DNA of 64,000 nucleotides from an uncultured Candidatus Saccharibacteria bacterium (GTDB taxonomy: Bacteria > Patescibacteriota > Minisyncoccia > Phycocordibacterales > UBA9973), in the NCBI GenBank assembly GCA_964474435.1, contig CAYYSI010000001.1, forward strand, positions 190,647-254,646. The letters run 5' to 3'. Shown here piece by piece: positions 9,420 to 18,792 of the stretch (position 1 is its first letter; each line of letters starts with the position of its first letter). The notes beneath the pieces are model-generated. The model saw only the letters and a list, made by a program, of their open reading frames with translations, was not told the DNA's origin and did not search any database. The translations under genes and the position numbers were made by a program.

Positions 9420-10157
9420 ATGTTTAAATCTCACACTCCAAATCTCCATATTAATCTTGAAAAGCCGGCCGGTTATCCGGATCGATTCGTCACTCCCGAA
9501 CCCAACCGCTCATGGGAAGTACGCTATCCAGAATATATTCCACCATACTATATTGACCCAAAAGTCCTTATACAAGGCATAGAGAAAGGATGGGCTGATC
9601 CAGAAGATATCTCAGCAATTGAAAAAAGGGGCTGGAGCAGAAATTATGAAGTAAACATAGATGAAGAAGGGTTTCCGCTTAACCCAAAAGGAAGAACAGG
9701 TATTAAGGGTCGAGGCCTTTTGGGAAAATGGGGAGCAAATTATGCAGTAGATATTCTTGTCTCAAGAACTACAGATAAGGGGAGGGAATACCTACTTATT
9801 AAGCGAACAGACAATCATCAATATGCATTTGTTGGAGGAATGGTTGATGGTGATGAATCAGATATCAGAGCAGCAGAGCGAGAGCTCGGAGAAGAAGTAC
9901 ATTTAGATATTCCACTTGAAAAAGCTGAGGTTATTGAGAAGGGATATGCAAATGATTTTAGGAATACTGACAATGCATGGATAGAAACAACAGTCTTTCA
10001 TATGGACGTAACTAATACTAACTATGTAACCCCTCGAGCAGATGATGATGCAGAATCTCTCGAATGGGTACCCGAAGAAAGCATACCTACCCTCAAAATG
10101 CATAGTAATCATCATCAAGTACTTGAGTCATTTATAAAAAATCATGCAAGAAATTAA
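9420..10157 (+). CDS. Nudix hydrolase, NUDT9-like ADP-ribose pyrophosphatase
   Basis: Nudix box ...GGMVDGDESDIRAAERELGEEV, and a NUDT9-type N-terminal segment GRTGIKGRGLLGKWGAN. The start is trimmed to the ATG at 9420 to avoid overlapping the nadE start. Confidence 0.75.
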   Translation: MFKSHTPNLHINLEKPAGYPDRFVTPEPNRSWEVRYPEYIPPYYIDPKVLIQGIEKGWADPEDISAIEKRGWSRNYEVNIDEEGFPLNPKGRTGIKGRGLLGKWGANYAVDILVSRTTDKGREYLLIKRTDNHQYAFVGGMVDGDESDIRAAERELGEEVHLDIPLEKAEVIEKGYANDFRNTDNAWIETTVFHMDVTNTNYVTPRADDDAESLEWVPEESIPTLKMHSNHHQVLESFIKNHARN

Positions 10158-10614
10158 AGCCCCAAACAACATTCCAGAGTCACCTAATATGAAAATATTT
10201 CTCGCAGGAAGTATTGAGATGGGTACAGCAGATAATTGGCAAAACATTGTAAGTGAAAAACTTAAAGATGAGGCAGTACTACTTCTAAATCCTCGAAGAG
10301 ATATATGGGATACCACATGGGAACAATCGAAACAGAATCCTGCATTCCGTGAACAAGTTGAGTGGGAACTTGATGCGCTGACAAGAAGTGATTACATCAT
10401 TTTATACTTCGATAAAAATACAAAGTCCCCGATCTCGCTCCTTGAGATGGGACTATTCGCACAAAGCGGAAAACTGCTCATTATCTGTCCAGAGGGGTTT
10501 TGGCGGAAAGGGAATGTTGATATTGTCTCTGAAAAATACGGGGCTCTGCAGTTTCGGACACTTGATGATGCACTCGAATATCTTACTCCTTTCATTCGGA
10601 CCTTCCAGATATAG
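10144..10614 (+). CDS. Nucleoside 2-deoxyribosyltransferase-like (NDT/Rcl fold) protein
   Basis: KIFLAGSI...NPRRD...DALTRSDYII...E.G.A..GK pattern typical of the NDT/Rcl family. The true start may instead be the ATG at 10189 (MKIFLAG). Overlaps the Nudix stop. Confidence 0.55.
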   Translation: MQEIKAPNNIPESPNMKIFLAGSIEMGTADNWQNIVSEKLKDEAVLLLNPRRDIWDTTWEQSKQNPAFREQVEWELDALTRSDYIILYFDKNTKSPISLLEMGLFAQSGKLLIICPEGFWRKGNVDIVSEKYGALQFRTLDDALEYLTPFIRTFQI

Positions 10615-10680
10615 AGATATATTTGACTTTTAGATAAAATTATGGTACTATTACCATAATGCCTTTGCTCTTTTACAGAG

Positions 10681-10731
10681 TATAGATTGGTTTCCACAGC
10701 ATCTTTACGGGATTGTGGTAACCAATCTATA
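10681..10731. repeat. 18-bp inverted repeat (TATAGATTGGTTTCCACA / TGTGGTAACCAATCTATA, 1 mismatch) with a 15-nt loop, ending 7 nt before the mqo start
   Basis: Seen directly in the sequence. Not followed by a T-run, so it is more likely an operator or RNA structure than a terminator. Confidence 0.6.
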
Positions 10732-10737
10732 CACACA

Positions 10738-12129
10738 ATGCAAAACAACACATATGACGTACTCATTATCGGAGTCGGCGCCAGTGGAAGCGCACTTGCT
10801 TATACACTATGCCGATATACCAATATCAAGCGCATAGTTGTTGTAGAAAAATACGATAAACCAGGACAGGTTAATACCAAAGCATCAAATAATAGTCAAA
10901 CACTGCACGTTGGAGATATCGAAACAAACTACACTATCGACAAGGTACGCACGGTCAAACCGGCGTCCATGATGACAGTAGCGTATGCAAACATGCTTCC
11001 ATCTGCAGAACGAAACAAGATTCTTAAGGTATTACCTAAGATGGTTCTTGGGATCGGCACTGAAGTACCCTTACTCGAACAACGCTTTAATGAATTGCGA
11101 CCACTGTTTCCTGAATTACAAAAATTGTATGGGCCTGATATTGCCAAGATTGAACCAAACATAATGAATGGTCGCAATCCTGATGAAAAAATCATCGCGC
11201 TCTACAATCCAATTGGGTACGCAGTTGATTTTGAGTACCTATCTCAATCATTTATAACTGAAGCACAAAAGTGCAATTCGGAGATTGATATACGGTACCA
11301 AAGCGAAGTACAGCAAATTGAGAAATGTGATGATGGTCTCTATATGGTGCATATTAAAGGAGATATATCTCTTCGTGCAAAAGTTGTAATAGTTGATGCA
11401 GATTCATATAGCCTCCTTTTTGCAAAACAATTAGGATACGGCATGGAGTATTCACTCATTCCTATTGGAGGAACATTCTATTTCACAGAGCAGTTACTTC
11501 AAAGCAAAGTCTATACAGTGCAAAAACCAGGATTACCTTTTGCAGCAGCACACGGCGATCCTGATTTACATCATCCAAATCTGACACGATGGGGACCAAC
11601 TGCACGGTTTTATCCTGCGCTTGAGAGTCACAAGTTCGGCACGAGCGGAGATTATTTCCGTTCTTCTGGACTAAATCGAATGCGTACCTGGAAAAGTTTT
11701 TTCTCTATCTTACTTAAAAAGGTTATGCGAAAGTATCTCTTTGCAAATATGCTCTACGAATTGCCTGTATTGGGGAAGTGGATGTTTGTTTCAAAAAACA
11801 TTCGTAAGATTATTCCTACCATACGCAACAAAGACGTACGCATTGCAAAAGGATACGGTGGCATGCGATTGCAACGAGTAGATACTCGAACCCATGAATT
11901 ACAGCTTGGGGAAGGGAAGATTGTTGGAAATAATATTATCTTCAACATGACTCCGTCACCTGGTGCAAGTGTCGCACTCTACAATGCGTATCGTGATGCT
12001 GAACAAATTACCACTTTCCTCGGAGAACAGTTTCTGTTTTCTAAAGAGGATATGGAGCATGACCTGATTACAAGCCAGACTATCGATCATTCAATCTCAG
12101 TTTCGCTTCCTGTAGGGTATGCGTCATAA
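10738..12129 (+). CDS. mqo: FAD-dependent malate:quinone oxidoreductase-like protein
   Basis: Dinucleotide-binding YDVLIIGVGASGSALAY motif near the N-terminus. ~464 aa, resembling the Mqo family. Start trimmed to M18 (ATG at 10738). Confidence 0.65.
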   Translation: MQNNTYDVLIIGVGASGSALAYTLCRYTNIKRIVVVEKYDKPGQVNTKASNNSQTLHVGDIETNYTIDKVRTVKPASMMTVAYANMLPSAERNKILKVLPKMVLGIGTEVPLLEQRFNELRPLFPELQKLYGPDIAKIEPNIMNGRNPDEKIIALYNPIGYAVDFEYLSQSFITEAQKCNSEIDIRYQSEVQQIEKCDDGLYMVHIKGDISLRAKVVIVDADSYSLLFAKQLGYGMEYSLIPIGGTFYFTEQLLQSKVYTVQKPGLPFAAAHGDPDLHHPNLTRWGPTARFYPALESHKFGTSGDYFRSSGLNRMRTWKSFFSILLKKVMRKYLFANMLYELPVLGKWMFVSKNIRKIIPTIRNKDVRIAKGYGGMRLQRVDTRTHELQLGEGKIVGNNIIFNMTPSPGASVALYNAYRDAEQITTFLGEQFLFSKEDMEHDLITSQTIDHSISVSLPVGYAS

Positions 12130-12138
12130 AAAAACTAC

Positions 12139-12168
12139 AATACCAACCTTCTGGGTTGGTATTTTTTA
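12139..12168 (+). terminator. Rho-independent terminator for mqo
   Basis: AATACCAACC / GGTTGGTATT stem followed by TTTTT. Confidence 0.7.
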
Positions 12169-12171
12169 TAC

Positions 12172-12204
12172 ATAAATAAAAAAGCTCATCATAAAGATGA
12201 GCTT
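12172..12204 (-). terminator. Rho-independent terminator for the ADP-ribosylglycohydrolase gene
   Basis: AAGCTCATC / GATGAGCTT stem with a U-run on the minus strand. Confidence 0.7.
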
Positions 12205-12226
12205 CAGTATTAATTAGTTACTACTT

Positions 12227-13216
12227 TCAATGAGCATACTCTGCTGAAAACTTTTCATACAGTTTTGCTCCAAGTATTTCCATCCGCGCCAATCCCTCTG
12301 TTTTTTCCAATAAAAACTGTGGAAGAGAATCGAGTCCGTATTTTCCTGCCGCAATACCAGTTGATACAGCTGCGAGTGAGTCCACGTCACCACCCATATT
12401 GATACTGTTTTGAAGAGCTTCAAATGCTGATGAACTATGCTTTAACACATAGACGATATTGAGCGCCGTCTTCATTGCTGCACAAGGCAAACCATAGACA
12501 TTTGGGTCCCATTTAACATACGGAATCGGCTGTGTTCCATGAAGAACTAGGTAGTCCTCTTCGGTGAGTTTTTTAGGCGCAGGCAGTGCATCGATTTTTT
12601 CGAGGCTTTCTCTAGTATTAGAATCCTCAAGATAACACTTCAAAAAAGGGATGAGTTCATTAGCAGCACTATTATCTCTTAGGAAATGCCAGGCTACTAA
12701 TACTGTCAGCAGACTTGCTCTTCTTCCCATATCATTTGGATGAGTAGCATTTGCATTGATCTCAGCGTACCTATGAACGTCATGACGTCGTATGAATGCA
12801 AAAGGAAGCGCTCTCATTACAGGAGCATTACCTGGATCATCGCGTTCAGCTTGAGCTTTCCGGATCTCATCAATTTTTTTCTTGCCCGTATACCAATCCT
12901 CAATTGAACCATGTCCTTCACGTGGATAACCCTTTGCTTGCTTGTCAGTTTCGTACTCCTGCTTAAACTTTCTCAATAAAAGTTCAGCAGAAAATTTTTC
13001 TTCGGCAAGCAATGCTTCTACCACTGCTATAGTGTGCTCAGTGTCGTCTGAGTAAGTTCCCGGAAGTATCTTATTTTTTCCTCCCTTCCATTCATTTACA
13101 TATGTATCGAAATGAACGTTTTCTTTAATCCATGGACGACTTTTGAATTCAATACCAACACCAAATGCATCGCCAATGGCCACACCTTTTAAACTATTGA
13201 TAATACTTTGTTTCAT
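12227..13216 (-). CDS. ADP-ribosylglycohydrolase (ARH/DraG family)
   Basis: GVAIGDAFG, YSDDTEH and GGDVDSLAAVSTGIAAG motifs. Confidence 0.8.
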   Translation of the reverse strand: MKQSIINSLKGVAIGDAFGVGIEFKSRPWIKENVHFDTYVNEWKGGKNKILPGTYSDDTEHTIAVVEALLAEEKFSAELLLRKFKQEYETDKQAKGYPREGHGSIEDWYTGKKKIDEIRKAQAERDDPGNAPVMRALPFAFIRRHDVHRYAEINANATHPNDMGRRASLLTVLVAWHFLRDNSAANELIPFLKCYLEDSNTRESLEKIDALPAPKKLTEEDYLVLHGTQPIPYVKWDPNVYGLPCAAMKTALNIVYVLKHSSSAFEALQNSINMGGDVDSLAAVSTGIAAGKYGLDSLPQFLLEKTEGLARMEILGAKLYEKFSAEYAH

Positions 13217-13230
13217 TTTATTAAAGTTTT

Positions 13231-13259
13231 ATTTGTGTAAATACTACAACTTATTCTTG
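13231..13259 (-). promoter_or_regulatory. Putative sigma-70-like promoter (TTGACA-17-TAGTAT) for the ARH gene, overlapping a TTGAC-N3-GTCAA palindrome
   Basis: Hexamers read on the minus strand with 17-nt spacing. The leader would be very short. Confidence 0.4.
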
Positions 13260-13300
13260 ACTTTGTCAAAGAAAAAAGGTAGGGTTAAGAAAAAAATAAT

Positions 13301-13759
13301 ATGGAAGCAAAACTTACGGTACATTCAAGAAAATCAGAAAAAAGGTATGACTTTTCATTCAGAATTTATAAATCTGAAAAGGTAGACGATTTACAAATTG
13401 AACCAGGGTTTTATGAGCAACATTCTTCACTTCCTGAGGGTATACACTACGAAATAGAGATTATTTCTCCTGACATTAAAAGTTTTCCGTATGCTAAAAA
13501 GATTCATTATCACACTTCAGCAAAGAGTTCAAAAGACTTTATTTGCTGGACTGGGAGTATATCTTCGACACAACAAGTGGTAGGACTAGTTAGCATGTGG
13601 GCCGCAGGTTCTGTACATACCATAGAAACAGGGGAGGATTTTGCGAAGCTTTATAAAAGGCATAATATAAACCTCACAGACCATAGAACTCTTGTGTATT
13701 TACTGAAGAGTGAGCAGTATGGGATCGACATCCCAAAGAGCTCATATAGATTTTTATAA
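13301..13759 (+). CDS. Hypothetical protein (152 aa)
   Basis: ORF followed by a strong terminator. No family recognised. AT-rich. Confidence 0.45.
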   Translation: MEAKLTVHSRKSEKRYDFSFRIYKSEKVDDLQIEPGFYEQHSSLPEGIHYEIEIISPDIKSFPYAKKIHYHTSAKSSKDFICWTGSISSTQQVVGLVSMWAAGSVHTIETGEDFAKLYKRHNINLTDHRTLVYLLKSEQYGIDIPKSSYRFL

Positions 13760-13770
13760 GTAAATATAAA

Positions 13771-13806
13771 AAAGGCTATCGATATTACGATAGCCTTTGT
13801 TTTTTA
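13771..13806 (+). terminator. Rho-independent terminator
   Basis: AAGGCTATCG / CGATAGCCTT stem followed by TGTTTTTTATT. Confidence 0.7.
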
Positions 13807-13855
13807 TTCAACTTCTTTTTCAATAGCTTCAGAAAACTTTTGGGGTGCGTATTTT

Positions 13856-14302
13856 GTGAGTATACCTACTAGTGCTGACTTCACAAATCATTATCGTGAA
13901 CTAGATACGATGAATCGTTTTAGCGCATTTCATGGGTATTTTTCAATTTATGAATCAACAATAAGAGTGTTGGTAAATATTATAGATCCACTAGCTTGTA
14001 ATAACGGTAAGGCAAATTTTAATAGTGTTCTAAACTGGCTTGTTGCCAGAACCAGATTTAATCAAAGATATAATGACTTTCTTGAGTTATTACGTTTAAC
14101 GAGAAACACTGTTCATCATAATGGAGTTTATAGGCCAGAAAGGGGAGGTGACAAAGTCATTCCTTATAAAGGAGGAGTATATGAATTCAATATAGGACAA
14201 CCTATCATTTTTGCTGGCTGGGAATTTATGATAATGCTACAAAATGATCTCATTGAATTCTTTTTAGAACTAGTGGAAGAACCTGTAATCACTAATATTT
14301 AG
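13856..14302 (+). CDS. Hypothetical small protein with a possible HEPN-like Rx4H motif (RNTVHH)
   Basis: ORF only. The motif LRLTRNTVHHNG resembles a HEPN Rx4-6H signature. The start may be the ATG at 13910 (MNRFSAF). Confidence 0.4.
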   Translation: MSIPTSADFTNHYRELDTMNRFSAFHGYFSIYESTIRVLVNIIDPLACNNGKANFNSVLNWLVARTRFNQRYNDFLELLRLTRNTVHHNGVYRPERGGDKVIPYKGGVYEFNIGQPIIFAGWEFMIMLQNDLIEFFLELVEEPVITNI

Positions 14303-14448
14303 AAGATTTAGCTAAGAGAAACCTCCGGCTTTTGTTGTCTTCGTTATTCTCCCTATACAGTGTCGTAAAAGATATATTGTGCGACGTTACTATATTTTAG
14401 AGGATAGACCGACAAGGCCCTTCTCCCTCTCGATATTGGGGTTGAAAT

Positions 14449-15381
14449 CTACTTGGCTTGATACCACACCAAACATGCATTGAACGCTGCAACTTGTGCG
14501 TTATACTGTTTAATTTTTTCTTGAGAAATAACGAGTGCCGTGTTGTACTCGGCAACCATGGCATTGAACGCTGTGACACGAGCCTTGTACTCGTTCCCTC
14601 GTGGTCGATCAGGACCTTCGAGAATAGCCTTTTCGGTAGCGATAGTTGCTTGGCGTTGTTTGAGGTCTTTGTTGATACTATCAATCGATACCTTGAGTGA
14701 TGTACTGATCACAGGGCATGCGCTGCGCGTCGTGCCGAAATGCTGTACCGCAAACCACACGTCGCGACCTTGGTATGTACCTTTGGCAGCGTAGACACCG
14801 ATCTCTTGGTAGTTAGGGTTCAAAATATTTGCACGATGGCCGGCACTGTTCATCCATGCTTCAACAACATCATCGCCGTCCACGAAGTTGCCCAGCGCAA
14901 GATTCTCACCCATGACGACATAACTGTATCCAACCTTTGCCCCAAGATCTGACACCCCTTCACCGGTTGGTGAAATGTGTTCAAAGTATTGGCGCGTGAT
15001 CATGTCATTGGTTTTGATTGTCGCAGAGCTTACGAGTTTGGGATTGAGTGTCAGTGGTGGTAGGCCTGCCGCGATACGTTCGCGATTTGTTGCATCCACG
15101 ATGTTGTTGGTCGAGAGTGCAGTACTCATTTCTGTGGACTGACTTCCCTTGTCTGCTGGCGGTTTGACCCCGCTGAAATACTCTATGATGCTCGATGGTG
15201 TCAGTGGATCTGCTTTGTTGGTGTCTTGTACCAACGCAGGGGTTGGTGCTGTTTCTATGAACATGCCGAGCACGCGATCAGTAACCCTATTTGCAAGGTC
15301 GGGTTTTGCAATCGTGATGACCAAGAGGCCGATGGCGACGCTAATGAAAATGTTACTGAAAAATGATCGCATAGTTAGCAC
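14449..15381 (-). CDS. Membrane-anchored CAP/SCP/PR-1 domain protein with a C-terminal coiled coil
   Basis: N-terminal TM helix. CAP-domain segment NRERIAAGLPPLTLN...HFGTTRSAC...AWMNSAGHRANILNPNYQEIG. Confidence 0.65.
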   Translation of the reverse strand: MLTMRSFFSNIFISVAIGLLVITIAKPDLANRVTDRVLGMFIETAPTPALVQDTNKADPLTPSSIIEYFSGVKPPADKGSQSTEMSTALSTNNIVDATNRERIAAGLPPLTLNPKLVSSATIKTNDMITRQYFEHISPTGEGVSDLGAKVGYSYVVMGENLALGNFVDGDDVVEAWMNSAGHRANILNPNYQEIGVYAAKGTYQGRDVWFAVQHFGTTRSACPVISTSLKVSIDSINKDLKQRQATIATEKAILEGPDRPRGNEYKARVTAFNAMVAEYNTALVISQEKIKQYNAQVAAFNACLVWYQAK

Positions 15382-15785
15382 TGAGCTGGCGTGTACCCCT
15401 GCAGCGTAGCATCTTCGGCTGTTTGAAACCAGATGAGATTTTCGGGTTTGATGCGATCGAGCCCGGCACAGCCTGGCGTGTAGTATTTGGTGCCATTTTT
15501 TGAGCCTGCAAATGCGCCTTGTGTACCTGGAGAGGTATCGGGAGTAGTAGTATCTGCACTTGTAGAAACTCCTGCTACAGCTGGTACTGATGCCTCCTTT
15601 CCAGCAGCAAGCGTCTGGGTAGGAATGGCAAGTCGAGAAAGGACTCTCTCATTACAAGCCAGTGTCACACCTCCCCCACCCTCTTGTTTGCCGTATAACA
15701 TTCCAACATAAAAAGACAATCCGGCAATAGCTACAATACAGATCACAAAAAATGTCCTATAGTATTTGGTCAGAAATTGAGCCAT
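15375..15785 (-). CDS. Membrane-anchored hypothetical protein with a C-terminal Cys-containing domain
   Basis: N-terminal TM helix. C-terminal YYTPGC...WFQTAEDATLQGYTPAQC motif. Confidence 0.45.
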   Translation of the reverse strand: MAQFLTKYYRTFFVICIVAIAGLSFYVGMLYGKQEGGGGVTLACNERVLSRLAIPTQTLAAGKEASVPAVAGVSTSADTTTPDTSPGTQGAFAGSKNGTKYYTPGCAGLDRIKPENLIWFQTAEDATLQGYTPAQC

Positions 15786-15865
15786 ATACCTACAGTATAT
15801 CCTAGCTCTTCCCCTACCCCCAAACGCGTTGACAGAGAGCCTGCTCTAGGCTATGATATGCGTCT

Positions 15866-16141
15866 ATGGCACATAAGAAAGCCCAAGGAGCGGCTAAAAA
15901 CCTCACGGATTCAAATCCACAATATCTCGGTACCAAGCTCTATGATGGTCAATTTGCGACCTCAGGATCTATTATCGTGCGCCAGCGCGGCACCAAGATC
16001 CTCGCAGGCACCTCAGTCGGTATCGGCAAGGACCACACTCTCTACGCACTCAAGGACGGCACGGTGAAGTTCACGAGTAAGCGCAAGCAAAACTTCGATG
16101 GAACAACATCTGTTCGCAAGCAAGCAAACATTCTCGGATAA
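15866..16141 (+). CDS. rpmA: 50S ribosomal protein L27
   Basis: MAHKKAQG...[19 protein letters not shown]...[14 protein letters not shown] matches L27. Confidence 0.9.
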   Translation: MAHKKAQGAAKNLTDSNPQYLGTKLYDGQFATSGSIIVRQRGTKILAGTSVGIGKDHTLYALKDGTVKFTSKRKQNFDGTTSVRKQANILG

Positions 16142-16146
16142 TACAT

Positions 16147-16177
16147 AAAAAACTTCTCGATCTGAGAAGTTTTTTAT
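16147..16177. terminator. Bidirectional rho-independent terminator between rpmA and rplI
   Basis: AACTTCTC / GAGAAGTT stem with A-run and T-run flanks. Confidence 0.7.
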
Positions 16178-16620
16178 TGTTTAACCAATTCGATGGTGAA
16201 GTCTGCGGTGTATCCATCATCGGCAACATGGATCGTATGCATCCCGAGCGTTTTGATCGGACCATCAGTTAGTTTAAGGATTGCTGGATCAATACTGATG
16301 CGATGTTTCTCTGACAAGTATGCTGCAATGTCGGCTTCATGAATTTTGGAAAAGAGACTTCCCTGCTCATTTGCACGGACGAGCATGGTGAGCTGCACAC
16401 CATTGAGATCCTTGATCGCAGCATCGAGCAAGTGATGTCGTACCTGCTTTTCGGCAACGACGTTTTGTTTGCGACGTGCGACTGACTCGAGTGCGGCAGG
16501 AGTAGCAAGTATGGCGAGCTTTTTAGGAAAGAGTGAGTGTTGTGCAAAGCCAGCGGCAACTTCAACCACTTGATCTTTGGTACCAACTTTTGGGACTGAC
16601 TTGAGGAGAATAACTTTCAT
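16174..16620 (-). CDS. rplI: 50S ribosomal protein L9
   Basis: MKVILLKSVPKVGTKDQVVEVAAGFA...LFPKKLA matches L9. Confidence 0.85.
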   Translation of the reverse strand: MKVILLKSVPKVGTKDQVVEVAAGFAQHSLFPKKLAILATPAALESVARRKQNVVAEKQVRHHLLDAAIKDLNGVQLTMLVRANEQGSLFSKIHEADIAAYLSEKHRISIDPAILKLTDGPIKTLGMHTIHVADDGYTADFTIELVKQ

Positions 16621-16622
16621 AA

Positions 16623-17876
16623 TTACTTATTGAACAATCCGATTGCAGTTTCGAGCTGGGCATCTTTGCCGTCTTTGAGTTCGGTAAACGGGATTTTCAC
16701 GGTCGGTGTGAGTCCACTATCTGAGATAGACGTTCCTTTTGGCGTGTACCATTTTGCAATCGTTACCTTCAATGATGTGTCCCTTGTGAGCTTGATGACT
16801 TCTTGGACGGAGCCCTTGCCATATGTTTGCTCGCCAACAAGCACGCCGATCCCCTGCTCTGACAATGCACCAGCAAGAATTTCTGATGCTGAAGCAGAGC
16901 CTTTGTCTGCAAGAATGATGAGTTTTGATTTCTTGGGGAATAAGAGTGGACCACTACTCGTGTGCACACTAACGTCCTTGGGATCTTTGCCTATTTCTTT
17001 GACGATCGTTTCGCCTTCCGGAATGAACCACCCGCCAATCGTCACTGCCGCATCGAGATATCCGCCAGGATTGCCACGCAGGTCAAGAAGGAGGTTTGGG
17101 TACCCAGAAGCAACGTATTCTTGGAGTGCCTGATGGAAGAGTTGTGGTGATTGTGCCGAAAAATTATAGAGATGAATGATGAAAGTCTTTTGATCAGGAC
17201 GACTTTCGGTGTCGACTGTTGGGAGGTCGATTTGTTCACGGACGACGTCATACTTTTTGGGTGCTGCAAGTCCTTCTCGAACAACAGTGATTGCAACACT
17301 GGTACCTGCCTTGCCGCGAATAAGCGTGATCGCCTTGTCGATCGTAAGGTCGTTGGTTGTAGTGTCATCGATTTTTACGATCTTGTCGCCACTTTTGATA
17401 CCAGCTCGATCCGCAGGAGTATTCTTGAGTGGTGCGATGACGGTCAGCACACCATCCTTTTGGCCGATCTCGATTCCGATACCGTTAAATGTACCAGAAA
17501 TTTCACTTTCAAAAATAGAATTTTCTGATGGTGGGAAGAAGGTCGTATACGGATCATTGAATGAGCCAAGCATGCCCTTGATCGCGCCGTACATGCGGTC
17601 TTGGCTACTTATTTTATCTGCACCAGCAAATTTCTCATCAACGATTGCCCATGCCTTCCAAAACGGATCAAAGTCAGTCGTCGCAGTGACCGCTGATTCT
17701 TTGTGAATGACTCCCGTGATCTTGTCAGTAGCAGGACGGTTTTGATAGCCGATGTACACTCCACCAAAAAAGATCCCAACGACGACAATGATGCCGACAA
17801 ATAGTTTGACCCCCGTTGTCACATGTCCGCCGCGTTGTGTTGTTTCAATGTTATCCATGGAGTGTTGTTGGTTCAT
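16623..17876 (-). CDS. ctpA: Carboxyl-terminal processing protease (S41 family, PDZ domain)
   Basis: PDZ segment GIGIEIG...GDKIVKIDD and S41 core LLLDLRGNPGGYL. N-terminal TM helix. Confidence 0.85.
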   Translation of the reverse strand: MNQQHSMDNIETTQRGGHVTTGVKLFVGIIVVVGIFFGGVYIGYQNRPATDKITGVIHKESAVTATTDFDPFWKAWAIVDEKFAGADKISSQDRMYGAIKGMLGSFNDPYTTFFPPSENSIFESEISGTFNGIGIEIGQKDGVLTVIAPLKNTPADRAGIKSGDKIVKIDDTTTNDLTIDKAITLIRGKAGTSVAITVVREGLAAPKKYDVVREQIDLPTVDTESRPDQKTFIIHLYNFSAQSPQLFHQALQEYVASGYPNLLLDLRGNPGGYLDAAVTIGGWFIPEGETIVKEIGKDPKDVSVHTSSGPLLFPKKSKLIILADKGSASASEILAGALSEQGIGVLVGEQTYGKGSVQEVIKLTRDTSLKVTIAKWYTPKGTSISDSGLTPTVKIPFTELKDGKDAQLETAIGLFNK

Positions 17877-18069
17877 CTACCGGTGCCGTTGTATTGCGAG
17901 ATTCAAATTTCATTTTCTTGTACGCATAGCGCAATCGAAATACGATATAGACAATACCGCACCCGATCAGGACTGTGAGGACGGTCTTCCAACTGCGTGG
18001 AATCCCCAAAAGCGGCATACAAATGAGCACAATGCCCGTCCAAAATAATAGTCGTAGTTTGCCTACCAT
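17851..18069 (-). CDS. Small hypothetical membrane protein (72 aa)
   Basis: Two predicted TM helices. Overlaps the ctp start, between rsmI and ctp. Confidence 0.35.
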   Translation of the reverse strand: MVGKLRLLFWTGIVLICMPLLGIPRSWKTVLTVLIGCGIVYIVFRLRYAYKKMKFESRNTTAPVDEPTTLHG

Positions 18070-18073
18070 GAGG

Positions 18074-18790
18074 CTATTGTACCAAAGATTCCCGGTGATG
18101 TCTTGGTGCTACAACGATCACAAATTCACCTCGAACCTTGTCAGCGTGCTCGGTATAATATGCAAGATGTGCTGCAGCCGTTGCCACAGGATATTCCTCA
18201 AATGCCTTGGTCATTTCGCGTCCGATCATGATAGGTCGCTCTCCGAGATACTCTGCAAGTGACTCTAGTGCCTTGAGAATACGATGCGGGGATTCGTACA
18301 TCACAACTGTGTGCTCTGTATCTCGTATCTTTTCAAAAAGTGTTTGACGACCCTTTTTGTGTGGCAAAAATCCAAGGAATTCAAAATGATTGCCAGGGAA
18401 TCCTGATACCGACAACGCTGCCACAACTGCTGCTGGCCCTGGGATCGGTACGACACTTGCCTCTGGGTACATAGCCCGGAATTCGTGTATAAAAAGTGAT
18501 CCTGGGTCTGAAATAGCCGGAGTCCCTGCATCGGTCACGAGGACAATATGCTCGTGCTCTCTACAGCGCTCCAGAGCCTTGGTGAGGGCTGTGTCGCTGC
18601 TCTGGGCATGACTTGATACGAACTCCTTCTTCGCTGCCTGATTCTCTTGAATAGCGAGCAATTTGAGCAACTGCCCCGTCGTGCGAGTATCCTCTGCCAC
18701 AACCAATGTCGCCTCTGTGAGCACTTCCCTCGCCCGTTCGGAGATGTCCTTGAGATTGCCTATAGGAGTTGCGAGGACTGATAACATCAT
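18074..18790 (-). CDS. rsmI: 16S rRNA (cytidine1402-2'-O)-methyltransferase
   Basis: N-terminal LSVLATPIGNLKDIS, typical of RsmI tetrapyrrole-methylase-like proteins. Confidence 0.8.
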   Translation of the reverse strand: MMLSVLATPIGNLKDISERAREVLTEATLVVAEDTRTTGQLLKLLAIQENQAAKKEFVSSHAQSSDTALTKALERCREHEHIVLVTDAGTPAISDPGSLFIHEFRAMYPEASVVPIPGPAAVVAALSVSGFPGNHFEFLGFLPHKKGRQTLFEKIRDTEHTVVMYESPHRILKALESLAEYLGERPIMIGREMTKAFEEYPVATAAAHLAYYTEHADKVRGEFVIVVAPRHHRESLVQ

Positions 18791-18792
18791 AT

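Noticed and set aside
8965-9582. 205-aa plus-strand ORF overlapping nadE and the nadE promoter
   Set aside because: Antisense to a strongly supported NAD synthetase gene, with low-complexity composition. Judged shadow ORF.
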